Shown here in pieces: positions 1 to 9,124 of a DNA stretch of 64,000 bases (the first letter of the stretch is position 1; the number at the start of each line of letters is the position of its first letter). A program made the translations under genes and the position numbers. The notes under the pieces were generated by a model. It ran no database searches. It saw only the letters and a list, made by a program, of their open reading frames with translations, and was not told the origin of the DNA. Origin of the DNA: Nitrospirota bacterium (GTDB taxonomy: Bacteria > Nitrospirota > Thermodesulfovibrionia > Thermodesulfovibrionales > JdFR-86); the NCBI GenBank assembly GCA_963721805.1, contig CAVRJY010000002.1, positions 320,001 to 384,000 of the forward strand. Reading direction: 5' to 3'.

Positions 1-253
1 AGAAGATAAGGCCGTCAGAGTTTATCCGCAAGAAGCTGAAATCGTGGCTAGGATTTATGAGCTGGATGCTGACGGACAGGCAGGTAAAGCTATCGCGGAT
101 GCCCTTAATGAAAGCGGACGGGTGCGGAGAAATGGTAAACCTTGGACTCAAAGGCAAGTTTGCCGAGTCCTCAAGCATGAAAGAATATATCGGGAAGGGA
201 TGCTGCATTACGGAGATATTATGGTGAACAACAGCGCCTTTGCTGTTCTTTGA
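1..253 (+). CDS. C-terminal part of a serine recombinase (recombinase DNA-binding domain), 5' truncated by the window edge
   Basis: IADALNESG-RRNGKPW-QVCRVL motif typical of the recombinase domain of serine recombinases. Confidence 0.65.
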   Translation, partial: EDKAVRVYPQEAEIVARIYELDADGQAGKAIADALNESGRVRRNGKPWTQRQVCRVLKHERIYREGMLHYGDIMVNNSAFAVL

Positions 254-569
254 AGTTAGGTGTATATTGGCTCATCTATTTTTAGGCTTTCAATCAATAT
301 ATTGCAAATCTCTTGACAGGCCTGTCTAAATTGAAATACTATAATCCAGTTTTGAAATAAGCTCCTCTTTACAAAGCGGAGCTTAAAATAAAATGTGAGG
401 ATCACAGGTCCTCTTTTTCGTATTATACCCTCTTCCACAATTCGCTTTTTAAGGTCAGTCAGCTTGACAGTCCTTTGATTTTGTGTTTTGATTCTTCGTT
501 AAATATATTTGCCGAAATAGGCAAATTCTCCCGCCTTTTTTAAATCATTGGCTGCGATAATCTAAAACC

Positions 570-846
570 ATGCGAAAGAAATATTCCCAAGGTTCTATTA
601 ATAGTCTGCGGAAATACAGGAAAGGCAAGGGGTCTGAAACAGAAAGAGGTAGCGGAGATTCTGGAGATCAATAACAGCATGGTTTCACGCTGGGAAAAGG
701 GCTCGTGTATACCGGATTCTCTAAACCTGATGGATCTCTCCATGCTTTACCGGACGGCAACTGACGCATTATTCAGCGACTACAGAGCCATGCGCAAAGA
801 AACAATCCTGCAAAGAGAGGCGCTGGTTATAGCTAATAGAAATTAA
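570..846 (+). CDS. XRE/Cro-C1 HTH regulator, interrupted by one extra base near 620
   Basis: Manual translation: MRKKYSQGSINSLRKYRK(fs)ARGLKQKEVAEILEINNSMVSRWEKG...; span 277 nt = 3n+1; absent from the ORF track. Confidence 0.75.
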
Positions 847-857
847 TATACAAAACT

Positions 858-1265
858 ATGGAGCATATTGATCACTACCTGAAGACAAGCAAATTTAATG
901 AGGCCGGGCAATATGATCAGCCCGCGCCGGTTATCCGTAATATGGGGAATGGCGGCTGGTATTGGATAGATAAAAACATCTTAAAGGTCTACGCCAAGAG
1001 CTTAGGGCCTTCAGCTATCGCGGTCTACAATGTCCTTGCGCTGTTTTCAAACGCCAAGACGCAAGCCTGCTATCCTTCCCACAAGACCATAGGCAGAATT
1101 GCCGGGATGAACAAAAAGACAGTCAGCCAGAAGATGCGGCACTTGGAAAGGGCGGGTCTAATTTGCCGGGAATGGCAAAAAGGACAGACCATCTATTACT
1201 TGCTCGATGTCCGGCAGGCGACAATAACGACCAAGGAAGTGGAAGAAAAGCCCCCTGACGGGTGA
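858..1265 (+). CDS. HTH_36-like replication-initiator-type protein
   Basis: GPSAIAVYNVL..ACYPSHKTIGRIAGMNKKTV...LERAGLI winged-HTH pattern. Confidence 0.6.
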   Translation: MEHIDHYLKTSKFNEAGQYDQPAPVIRNMGNGGWYWIDKNILKVYAKSLGPSAIAVYNVLALFSNAKTQACYPSHKTIGRIAGMNKKTVSQKMRHLERAGLICREWQKGQTIYYLLDVRQATITTKEVEEKPPDG

Positions 1266-1342
1266 CAAAAACGGACCCTAACAATAATAAAGAACAAGAA
1301 TTAATTAACAAAAAGATAGATTAATTATTTAAAACAAAAACT

Positions 1343-1594
1343 ATGATTAAAGGATTCAAACCGCAAACCAAGGAAGAACTGTTGGCACTGTATGTCGCTA
1401 AAGCGTTGGATGATGTAAAGAGCTTGCCGTTCTATTTATCCTGCACAAAACACTTTTCGGAAGATTACGTCAGGGAAGCCCTGCATGCCGTAAGGAAGGA
1501 GGCCATTCAAAAGATAAAGAACAGACGGACCACATTTTTTAAATATTTAATGCAAATAAATGCCAAAGGAACCAAAAAGAATTCTGGCCATTAA
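1343..1594 (+). CDS. Small helical hypothetical protein (possible separated C-terminal domain of the initiator)
   Basis: 83-aa ORF in the same run of genes; overlaps the start of the next gene. Confidence 0.5.
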   Translation: MIKGFKPQTKEELLALYVAKALDDVKSLPFYLSCTKHFSEDYVREALHAVRKEAIQKIKNRRTTFFKYLMQINAKGTKKNSGH

Positions 1595-2058
1595 TCCGGG
1601 AACCAAATACATTGGCATTGCCTATTTTCAAGATGCCGATCTTAGAGATTGGGGCATCAAGATGATTGCCGGTAAATGGTCCCAAAGCAAAGCTGATAAG
1701 AATGCAGGCGCTCATTACCGACCTTATATCCCGCTATAAGCCGGACATCATGGTCATTAAGATCATCAACCCTTCCCTGCGATCCGGCAATCTGAATATG
1801 CTGATTGCCGAGATACGAAGTATCGCCAAGAGGAAAGGGATCGTTATTGAAGAATACTCGATTGAAGACTTGAGAAACTTCTACTCGCCGAATAAGCGGA
1901 TTAACAAAAGGCAGTTTGCAGAATTAGTGGCCGCCGAATATAATGCTCTTCACCATTCGCTTGATTGGGGCAAGGAGCACAAGAATACATATAGCAGCCG
2001 GATGTTTGAAGCGGTAGCATTAGGTGCATTTGTTTTCGTGTCTAGATGTCGATTATAA
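1560..2058 (+). CDS. RuvC-fold protein, apparently catalytically degenerate, with a frameshift near 1683
   Basis: ATG1560 gives MPKEPKRILAINPGTKYIGIA (RuvC motif I, D replaced by N), joined by a +1 shift to KPDIMVIK...MFEAVALG; span 499 nt = 3n+1. Confidence 0.65.
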
Positions 2059-2164
2059 AAGCTCCAAAAACATATTCCCTTTCTAATCCTATTTAGTTAT
2101 ACTCCTTGAGTGGCAAGGGCCTTCCAGACAGCATATTTCAGATAGCTAATCGGGGGATGGTAAT

Positions 2165-5011
2165 ATGGTCAAGAACATTCTCGCCTGTATAAACAGTCGA
2201 ATTGTCATAAGCCTTTTTAACCTATTTCTGCTATTCTCATTGCCCCTAATTTCTGGGTGTAGTGTTGCCCTTTCGCCACTTTCCAGCAAGGAATATCTAA
2301 TGTATTATGATGGGGATTATGAGAAAACAATACAATACTTTGACAATGGGACAAGCTTACTTTCAGCACACGAAAAGAAAAGAATCCTTGATGAAAACAT
2401 CAAAAGAATAAAAACAAATCAGGAAACAACTTTCGAATTCATCTACTACAGATTCGATCAGGAATATCTGATAAAGTCACTCTTAGCTACGGGTGAATTT
2501 GACCGAGCACTAAAACTCTGTGACGAGGGACTTAAAGAGTGCGAGATGTTCGCGGACCTCTTTAAGCGATACAAATATAGCCCCGAAAGTCCTGTTGAGA
2601 CGAATCATCAGCTTAGATTTGACCTGTTGCGGCTTAAGGGGTATGTCATATGGTTTAAAACTGGAGACGAAGACACCGCTTTCAAATATTTCAATAAGTC
2701 TATGGCGAGTGATCCATCCGACCAGCAATACATCACATTCCTTGATTCATTGGGTAAACAGAAATTAGCATTTCTTATGGACAACGCCTATTTTAATGAC
2801 AAGATTCTTGGCAAGCATCGAGAGGCTCTGGCCTATTTTCAGCAAGTTGTGGGTCTTTGCGATAAGTTAACGCTACTCGACATTGACATGCAATATGGTT
2901 TTAAGGAGATGGCCTACCTACGAATGATGACCATCAAGATGCATCTAGGCGAGCTTGAAGAAGCCAAGAAAGAACTCGACAAATGGAATGACCTGATGAA
3001 CACGTTTGTTATTCGCAGTGCCAGTCTGGTTGTGAAGAATTCTAAGTTATATCGAGGCCCCCTTGCTGAATCCTATTCTTATGCTGGGGCCTTGTATGCT
3101 CTGGAGAGAGATTTCGAAACATCAAAAATATATTTTGATAAGGCGCTTGATGTAATAAAAACGATTGAACCGGATAAGCATAATATGTTTGATCGCATAG
3201 CTTTGGGCACTTACTATACGCTTTACGGGACTTATTACTGCGGTCTGCAATCCGGAAAGCTTGAAGAGGCAATTGAAAATACGGACAAGGGCTTGAATTA
3301 CGTGCCACCCTTTTTCATGGCGGATGCATCATCTGATTTGGACATCGAAACCGCATATAGATATTCAGCCGAACTCTATTTTATAAAGAAGGACTATGCT
3401 ACAGCAAAAGGGCGTGCGCTAAAAGCCTTGGAATATGCGCTAAAGAAACAAAACAAGGTCGCTGCCGCTGCTGCGCATACAATTTTAGGACAAATTTATT
3501 ACGCGAAAAATGAAAAGTCAGCTGCACGGCAGGAATACGAGAAAGCGCTTAGAATAGCTGAACATCATGGAAACGAAAGCACAGATGACTGGAAGCTCTA
3601 TTATGGCCTCGGTCAGGTTTACGAAGACTCCGGTGACAAGACCGGCGCGCTGAAATATTACGGAGACGCAGTCCGCGAGGTTGAGAAACTTTGGAGTGGC
3701 AGATTCAAGGATACAGTCAAGCAAGTTAGCTTTATCGATGACCGGCTCATAGTTTTCGAGCCGATGATCAGAATCCTCCATGCGCAGAAAAATGATAAGG
3801 AAGCCGTTCGTTATATGGAGATGTCAAAAGCCAGAACGTTTTATGAGGCCTCGCCATTTTATCCCGCCGAGGCGGGCAAGAATATAGAAGCATGGTCTCC
3901 TGTTAAGCCCATGAGTATCAATGATCTAAGGGCCTCGGTCTCTGATACAACAGCGATATTGGAATATTATGTGGGAGCCCGTTCTGTCATGGCCGCCATT
4001 ATCACCAAGAAAGAAGTTCATATTGAAGAGCTGAAAATTGATAATTTACAGAAGAAAATAATTGCCTTTAATCTGTATATGGCAAACCCAGATTATGAGT
4101 ATCCGACTGAGAGAGGCATAGAGCTATATGCTGCTTTAGTGGCTCCATTTACAAAATATTTAGCTGGTTATGACTCACTCTGTATCATCCCACATGGGGT
4201 GCTGCATTATCTTCCGTTTCAAGCGCTCATTACCGGAAAAGATACGTCGTCATTTTTAATCGATAAATATAAAGTATTTTACGCTCCGAGTTTGACAATC
4301 CTGAACACGGTCTATAAATCTAACCGGACTAATAAGGTCAAATTGTTAGCGGTTGCGAATTCTCTTGAGGTGGATGTTAAAGACCTAAATCTTGGAAAGG
4401 ATACACTCCCTAGGCTTGCGAATGTTATCAAGGAGGCAAGGGAGGTTGGGCAGCTGTTTGACGATACCAATAAGACCATTATCGTTGACGATAAGGCGAC
4501 AAAGACTACAGTGAGCGATACCGCGAGCGCATACGACATATTATTGTTTTCAACTCATGGCCTCATGGTTAGCAATGAGCCATTAAAATCATGCATTTTT
4601 CTCTCAAAGGATAATGAGAATAACGGGCGGTTATCTGTCGATGATATTGAAAAGTTAAAGCTGAATTCAAACTTGGTAATATTAAGTGCGTGCGAAACAG
4701 GACTTGTTTCGAGCTACGCGGGCAATGGTGATGATAATAATCCTTATGACACTAGATTTCCACTTGGAGATGATCTGGCGGGACTTCAACGAGCGTTTAT
4801 GAAAGCAGGCTCAGCCTCAATTCTTTCAACACTTTGGTCAGTAAATGATACGGCAACAAAATCGTTTATTGTAGATTTTGTGAAGCATTATAAAGGTGGA
4901 GATGATAAAATCTCTGCTTTACAAACAGCTGCGCTTAATATAAAATCAACTGAAAAATGGAAGCATCCATACTACTGGGCGGCATTTATCCTGAGCGGCG
5001 ACTGGAGGTAG
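2165..5011 (+). CDS. TPR-repeat + CHAT (caspase-like) protease, probable lipoprotein
   Basis: Hydrophobic N-terminus ending LISGC; TPR helices; CHAT motifs IIPHGVLHYLPF, FSTHG, LSACETG, STLWSV, HPYYWAAF. Confidence 0.9.
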   Translation: MVKNILACINSRIVISLFNLFLLFSLPLISGCSVALSPLSSKEYLMYYDGDYEKTIQYFDNGTSLLSAHEKKRILDENIKRIKTNQETTFEFIYYRFDQEYLIKSLLATGEFDRALKLCDEGLKECEMFADLFKRYKYSPESPVETNHQLRFDLLRLKGYVIWFKTGDEDTAFKYFNKSMASDPSDQQYITFLDSLGKQKLAFLMDNAYFNDKILGKHREALAYFQQVVGLCDKLTLLDIDMQYGFKEMAYLRMMTIKMHLGELEEAKKELDKWNDLMNTFVIRSASLVVKNSKLYRGPLAESYSYAGALYALERDFETSKIYFDKALDVIKTIEPDKHNMFDRIALGTYYTLYGTYYCGLQSGKLEEAIENTDKGLNYVPPFFMADASSDLDIETAYRYSAELYFIKKDYATAKGRALKALEYALKKQNKVAAAAAHTILGQIYYAKNEKSAARQEYEKALRIAEHHGNESTDDWKLYYGLGQVYEDSGDKTGALKYYGDAVREVEKLWSGRFKDTVKQVSFIDDRLIVFEPMIRILHAQKNDKEAVRYMEMSKARTFYEASPFYPAEAGKNIEAWSPVKPMSINDLRASVSDTTAILEYYVGARSVMAAIITKKEVHIEELKIDNLQKKIIAFNLYMANPDYEYPTERGIELYAALVAPFTKYLAGYDSLCIIPHGVLHYLPFQALITGKDTSSFLIDKYKVFYAPSLTILNTVYKSNRTNKVKLLAVANSLEVDVKDLNLGKDTLPRLANVIKEAREVGQLFDDTNKTIIVDDKATKTTVSDTASAYDILLFSTHGLMVSNEPLKSCIFLSKDNENNGRLSVDDIEKLKLNSNLVILSACETGLVSSYAGNGDDNNPYDTRFPLGDDLAGLQRAFMKAGSASILSTLWSVNDTATKSFIVDFVKHYKGGDDKISALQTAALNIKSTEKWKHPYYWAAFILSGDWR

Positions 5012-5220
5012 ATTTGATAAAATTGCCCATAAGTAATCCTATAAGCAATATAGGATATATCGTGATCTTTCTATTATCGCTCCTTATTTGGATATTTTTT
5101 TATTATATGAATATGCGGCTTTATACAGGATCAACCGCTGTCGTTGTTATAATGTTAGCAATCATCGTCTTTGTTTGGGAAAAACTTTTATTAAGGAAAA
5201 AGCATGAAGAGAAACCTTAA
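4957..5220 (+). CDS. Small two-TM membrane protein (start uncertain)
   Basis: Two hydrophobic segments and a basic tail; bridges the CHAT and lipoprotein genes. Confidence 0.4.
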   Translation: MEASILLGGIYPERRLEVDLIKLPISNPISNIGYIVIFLLSLLIWIFFYYMNMRLYTGSTAVVVIMLAIIVFVWEKLLLRKKHEEKP

Positions 5221-5944
5221 GCTGTTCTCTCTGTTGTTTATTCTTGTTGGCATTATATCTGGGTGCGCCTCTGTTAATCATGAATCTGAGCCTATCCTTA
5301 ATGGAGATGATACTCGTGGTCTGTCTCGTGAGACAGGCAGGGCTTTCTTGGTTGAAGATCAAAAAGAGGCAAAAGGCTATGGCCTTTATAGCTACCTACT
5401 CTTTAGCACACCCCCCACTGACGCTAACAGTCGTGACCAATACCTGCAAGCAATAACAAATTATGTGAACATGATCTCGACCGTGCGAGACTTAGAAAAA
5501 GCCAATATTCCAAAAAAAGAGTTAAATATTGTTTATCTTCCGCTTACTCTTCCGCCGCCGCCTGCCCCATCGGCTGAGTGGCTACTCGATCATTATAATT
5601 ATGCCCGTGCGAGGGCATTGATCAGAACAATTCAAGGTGATCTTCGGGACGGCCCATATATTATATCTACCCTAAAACCTTTGGATGCTCACAACAATGA
5701 GAATAGTAAATATATTCGTCTGGACCTTTCACACGTTCCACCGCCGATTATTTCATTATGGGTAAAGGAATTTATGACTCAAGCAGCCAAAGAACACTAT
5801 TGGGAAGAGGATACGGCAAGGAGATTGGTTCTTAACGTGCGCACGACATTAGAAGCTCTTGCCGTTGGCACCAAAGAAGTTAGTACGGTATTGGCATCAA
5901 ATACGGTTATCGCCCTACTGGAAATGAAAAAGGGGTTCCAGTAG
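5204..5944 (+). CDS. Hypothetical lipoprotein
   Basis: MKR..IISGC lipobox, 246 aa. Confidence 0.7.
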   Translation: MKRNLKLFSLLFILVGIISGCASVNHESEPILNGDDTRGLSRETGRAFLVEDQKEAKGYGLYSYLLFSTPPTDANSRDQYLQAITNYVNMISTVRDLEKANIPKKELNIVYLPLTLPPPPAPSAEWLLDHYNYARARALIRTIQGDLRDGPYIISTLKPLDAHNNENSKYIRLDLSHVPPPIISLWVKEFMTQAAKEHYWEEDTARRLVLNVRTTLEALAVGTKEVSTVLASNTVIALLEMKKGFQ

Positions 5945-5980
5945 AATCAGCTCTTTCAAAGTTATGCACAGTTCAGCACT

Positions 5981-6008
5981 TTGACAGCAAGTATTGATGA
6001 GGTATTAT
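5981..6008 (+). promoter_or_regulatory. Sigma-70 promoter TTGACA-N16-TATTAT, preceded by a DnaA-box-like TTATGCACA (5962-5970)
   Basis: Direct motif match upstream of the 6045 ORF. Confidence 0.5.
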
Positions 6009-6044
6009 TAAGTCAGATTAGAATAATTAACTAGATAAACTACT

Positions 6045-6572
6045 ATGAATATTGAAGACCCCACCAAAGGAGTGGGAGCCCCGCATAAACCAGAAAGTGG
6101 CTGCGTAGAAAATCCCGAAGATTCAGATTCCAAAAAAGCAGCACCTGAAACCGGTGAGGGAATTGAAGCATCGGGTGATATAACTAAAGAGGATATCGAA
6201 GACAAAAAAGAACAAATGCGAGCGGCAGCCGAAGAATGGATTCAAGGGCAAGAAAAGCTATTGGAAGATCAGATGCGTGGTCGATTACAACAATTTGAAA
6301 ATATTGGGTCTGGGCTGGGTGTGGCTCTTTTCTTAGGTGCTGATATTTTTGTCGCTGGTGACACAAACCCTATTCGTATGCTTATTGGTTCATCAATCGC
6401 CGGCTGGATAGGGAAAGCGCTTGGGAATGTCGCTGGTGAAATTACAAATTACTTCGAGCGCAAAAAGTCGAAGCTGAATGAACAAAAAGCGGAAATCGAA
6501 AGAAAAATACAGGGCAAACCATCAACTTTTGAAGAAGTAAAAGATTCACTGGATCAAATTAATAATAAATAA
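6045..6572 (+). CDS. Hypothetical protein: acidic N-terminus, glycine-rich hydrophobic hairpin, coiled coil
   Basis: 175-aa ORF downstream of a promoter. Confidence 0.6.
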   Translation: MNIEDPTKGVGAPHKPESGCVENPEDSDSKKAAPETGEGIEASGDITKEDIEDKKEQMRAAAEEWIQGQEKLLEDQMRGRLQQFENIGSGLGVALFLGADIFVAGDTNPIRMLIGSSIAGWIGKALGNVAGEITNYFERKKSKLNEQKAEIERKIQGKPSTFEEVKDSLDQINNK

Positions 6573-6576
6573 GCCT

Positions 6577-6894
6577 ATGGACACTAAGCAACCATTAGAA
6601 AACATAAAAGATTTGAATCTATTCTTCGATGCAATCGGGTTTGACGAAAAAACAAAGGCTAATCATCTTGGACGAATCATGACAATAATATTGGCCTCCG
6701 TGTCTGAAAAACTTGATCGAGTAACTACGAGCAAAGACAGCGTAGAGCTTCCCGCAATGGAATCAATCGACGATTTTTATGATCATTATGCGCAACACGT
6801 TGATCGAGCGACAATCAATAAGATTATCGAAGAGGAAACCTATAAAGCATTCGCGGGCTACTTCGGAGCTATTGCTAATCAGCTGCCAAAATAG
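6577..6894 (+). CDS. Small acidic helical hypothetical protein
   Basis: 105-aa ORF, 4 bp after the previous gene. Confidence 0.6.
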   Translation: MDTKQPLENIKDLNLFFDAIGFDEKTKANHLGRIMTIILASVSEKLDRVTTSKDSVELPAMESIDDFYDHYAQHVDRATINKIIEEETYKAFAGYFGAIANQLPK

Positions 6895-6962
6895 AAATTA
6901 CTTGCGATAGAGTGTCATCAATATCATCATCACTCGTGATAGGGTGAGCCTGTTTTATATAT

Positions 6963-7388
6963 TTATGAAATCTCAGACAGAAAATCCTTTGCGGTCATTA
7001 CTCGCACTCTGCCTTGCACACTCTCTGCAAAAAAATGGGCATCACCGGTCAGAAAGTAATCCGGCTTGGTCTGGAGCACTGCGGCCAAGATATGGGCATC
7101 CTTCTTGTGACTTATCAGCCCTTGGGCCTCCATTAATTTATGCCTATATTTCGAGCGCGGGATAATTGCCATGTCACTCAGGGCTCGTTCAACTTCAGAT
7201 AGTGCAATTTCGAGAGTTCGGTCTTTAAGGTATTTCAGTTTCCGGCGGACGACCGCTTTCAGCTCATCGACTGCGTCTTCGCAGGTAATTAGATCAATCT
7301 CGACAAGTCCGATGATCTTCGCTTCATTGCCGTCAAAGAAGATACCGGAGAGGAGGACATTGGTATCTAAGAAAACCTTGAGCCTCAT
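6963..7388 (-). CDS. PIN-domain (VapC-like) toxin
   Basis: VFLDTNVLLS, DAHILAAV, FLTGDAHF PIN motifs; ATGA overlap with the upstream antitoxin. Confidence 0.9.
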   Translation of the reverse strand: MRLKVFLDTNVLLSGIFFDGNEAKIIGLVEIDLITCEDAVDELKAVVRRKLKYLKDRTLEIALSEVERALSDMAIIPRSKYRHKLMEAQGLISHKKDAHILAAVLQTKPDYFLTGDAHFFAESVQGRVRVMTAKDFLSEIS

Positions 7389-7600
7389 TTGCGGAGCCGG
7401 GCAAGCTCCTTAAGCATGTCCGCCTCGCCGATGCCTTCCTTAGCCGCCAGCCATCTTAGGTATGTGCGGCTCTTCTGCGCGTAGGACTTCCTGAGAGCGG
7501 ACGTGATGGCCTCGGAAGTGTCCGAGAATATGCCAAGCTTCACTTCCTCCGAGATGTTCTTGTAAACGCTGTCGGGAATCTCAGCCGTCACCTTAGCCAC
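7385..7600 (-). CDS. Putative ribbon-helix-helix antitoxin
   Basis: 71 aa, VTAEIPD..G.FSDTSEAI RHH-like pattern, AGGAGG RBS, coupled to the PIN gene. Confidence 0.75.
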   Translation of the reverse strand: MAKVTAEIPDSVYKNISEEVKLGIFSDTSEAITSALRKSYAQKSRTYLRWLAAKEGIGEADMLKELARLRK

Positions 7601-7813
7601 GAGACCACCTCCTTCAAGTTCAATGATAAATTATAACATGGCACCGGATTAAGGGGCGAAAGAGCTTTGGCGTGTTGAAATGAAACAGGCTAAATGGATG
7701 GATTTGTAGAATAATAATCAGGCAAAATATGCTGGATTATAATAATCAACTCAGATATAAACAATCCTGAAATATGTTAATTGACTTCCCACCCAGCGAA
7801 CCCACCAACGATG

Positions 7814-7919
7814 CCGGTATGATAGCCGCAACTCGCCTCAAGGTCAATCAGTGGCAGCAAGAGAATCGGGGTAACAGGAAAATCTTGACCCTGAGACTCG
7901 TAAGCGGCTATCATACCGG
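7814..7919. repeat. Nested inverted repeat: perfect 16-bp arms plus 11-bp arms with one mismatch
   Basis: CCGGTATGATAGCCGC 7814-7829 / GCGGCTATCATACCGG 7904-7919; CTCAAGGTCAA 7837-7847 / TTGACCCTGAG 7885-7895. Confidence 0.9.
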
Positions 7920-7943
7920 ACAACGTCCTATATGGAGCTGTAA

Positions 7944-8588
7944 ATGCTATACGGAGAACAATATCCAGAGCTTGAGGCGCTGGTCAAAGGGAGCAGTTAT
8001 CGCCAGTTATTCGATATGTTATATACCCTTGCCCTTGTCAGATACGCCACGCCGGAGCACATGCGGGCTGTAAACTTCAAACTCGGCACCAGTGGAAAAT
8101 TAGAGAAAATAACGGAAAAAGGCTACATCAGCTTTACAGGTGGTACATTCTACACGATAACCGATAAAGGCTTGGTATTACTAGAAAAGAACGGCTACAA
8201 CACTAAAATCATCAAGCGAAAGCTTACAGGTGAGATGAAGGAGCACCAAGCTGTAATCACATCTGTAATCCTCACTCTGATGAAGGACCCGCAGTTTTTC
8301 ACCGTCTTCTACCCGCAGTTCAAACACGAGGGTGAACAGGCTGCGTTCCTCATCCCGGATGCCGCCGTCGTCTTCAAGGACGGTAACAAAGCTAAGCTGG
8401 TGTTTCTTGAGGTCGAGCTGTCGGATAAACCAAATAACTATCTTGATAATAAACGGCGGAATTATTTAGAATTGGGTAGCTTGTATTGGTTTTACGACAA
8501 GTGGTGGAGGAGCTATGCTCAGAAGCTCGGGATTGGTCTGTGTAAACCGGAGGAGTTCTGTTTTTCAACTCAATATGTAACAGAATAA
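7944..8588 (+). CDS. Replication-relaxation (Replic_Relax-like) wHTH + PD-(D/E)xK protein
   Basis: N-terminal wHTH, HQ..IT, IPDA..VF and FLEVELS motifs; next to a VirD4-like ATPase. Confidence 0.65.
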   Translation: MLYGEQYPELEALVKGSSYRQLFDMLYTLALVRYATPEHMRAVNFKLGTSGKLEKITEKGYISFTGGTFYTITDKGLVLLEKNGYNTKIIKRKLTGEMKEHQAVITSVILTLMKDPQFFTVFYPQFKHEGEQAAFLIPDAAVVFKDGNKAKLVFLEVELSDKPNNYLDNKRRNYLELGSLYWFYDKWWRSYAQKLGIGLCKPEEFCFSTQYVTE

Positions 8589-8593
8589 CCACC

Positions 8594-9124
8594 ATGGATA
8601 AATTATGGCATACACACAGTTTAAGAGGAATAAATGAAATAGCTCGGCAACCTATTGAGAACCCTCGTGCTTTTCTGCCAATTCTTCTGCCAATTCTTCT
8701 GCCGGATTTTCTGCCGGAAAAAATAGTCAGGGATATAAAAAAAGAAGCTAAAGATCGCAGGTTAGGCATCTTTGAAGCTTATAAATATAGGCAGGGTAGG
8801 TATCATGAAGAAGAAAGGAGACTATACGAAGAATACGGAGAAAAAGTACAAGATAACTTAAAAATGCGATCAATACTTTATAATATAATTTGTCCTCAAT
8901 GTCTTAAATCAGCCCCAATAGAAAAAATTGAAGTGACATGTCCATTTTGTGAGAAGGTGCATACACAACAAGGTGACGGTGGATTTTATATGGCACAAAT
9001 GCTTTATGATCATTGCACATGTGGCAGCATGATTCGATATATTCAATGCATCCATTGCGAAACTGATATTGACTTGTTCGCTTTTTATGATTATGAAGCC
9101 TTGGAGCGGCGCAGATATGAGTAA
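8594..9124 (+). CDS. Hypothetical Zn-ribbon protein
   Basis: CPQC, CPFC, CTC, CIHC. Confidence 0.6.
   Translation: MDKLWHTHSLRGINEIARQPIENPRAFLPILLPILLPDFLPEKIVRDIKKEAKDRRLGIFEAYKYRQGRYHEEERRLYEEYGEKVQDNLKMRSILYNIICPQCLKSAPIEKIEVTCPFCEKVHTQQGDGGFYMAQMLYDHCTCGSMIRYIQCIHCETDIDLFAFYDYEALERRRYE
8672..8717 (+). repeat. 12-bp-period tandem repeat (TTCTGCC core x4) inside the CDS
   Basis: Encodes FLPILLPILLPDFLPE. Confidence 0.85.

Noticed and set aside
7774..8073. 99-aa ORF across the nested inverted repeat
   Set aside because: It overlaps the relaxase-like gene out of frame, has no RBS or motif, and is better explained as non-coding structure
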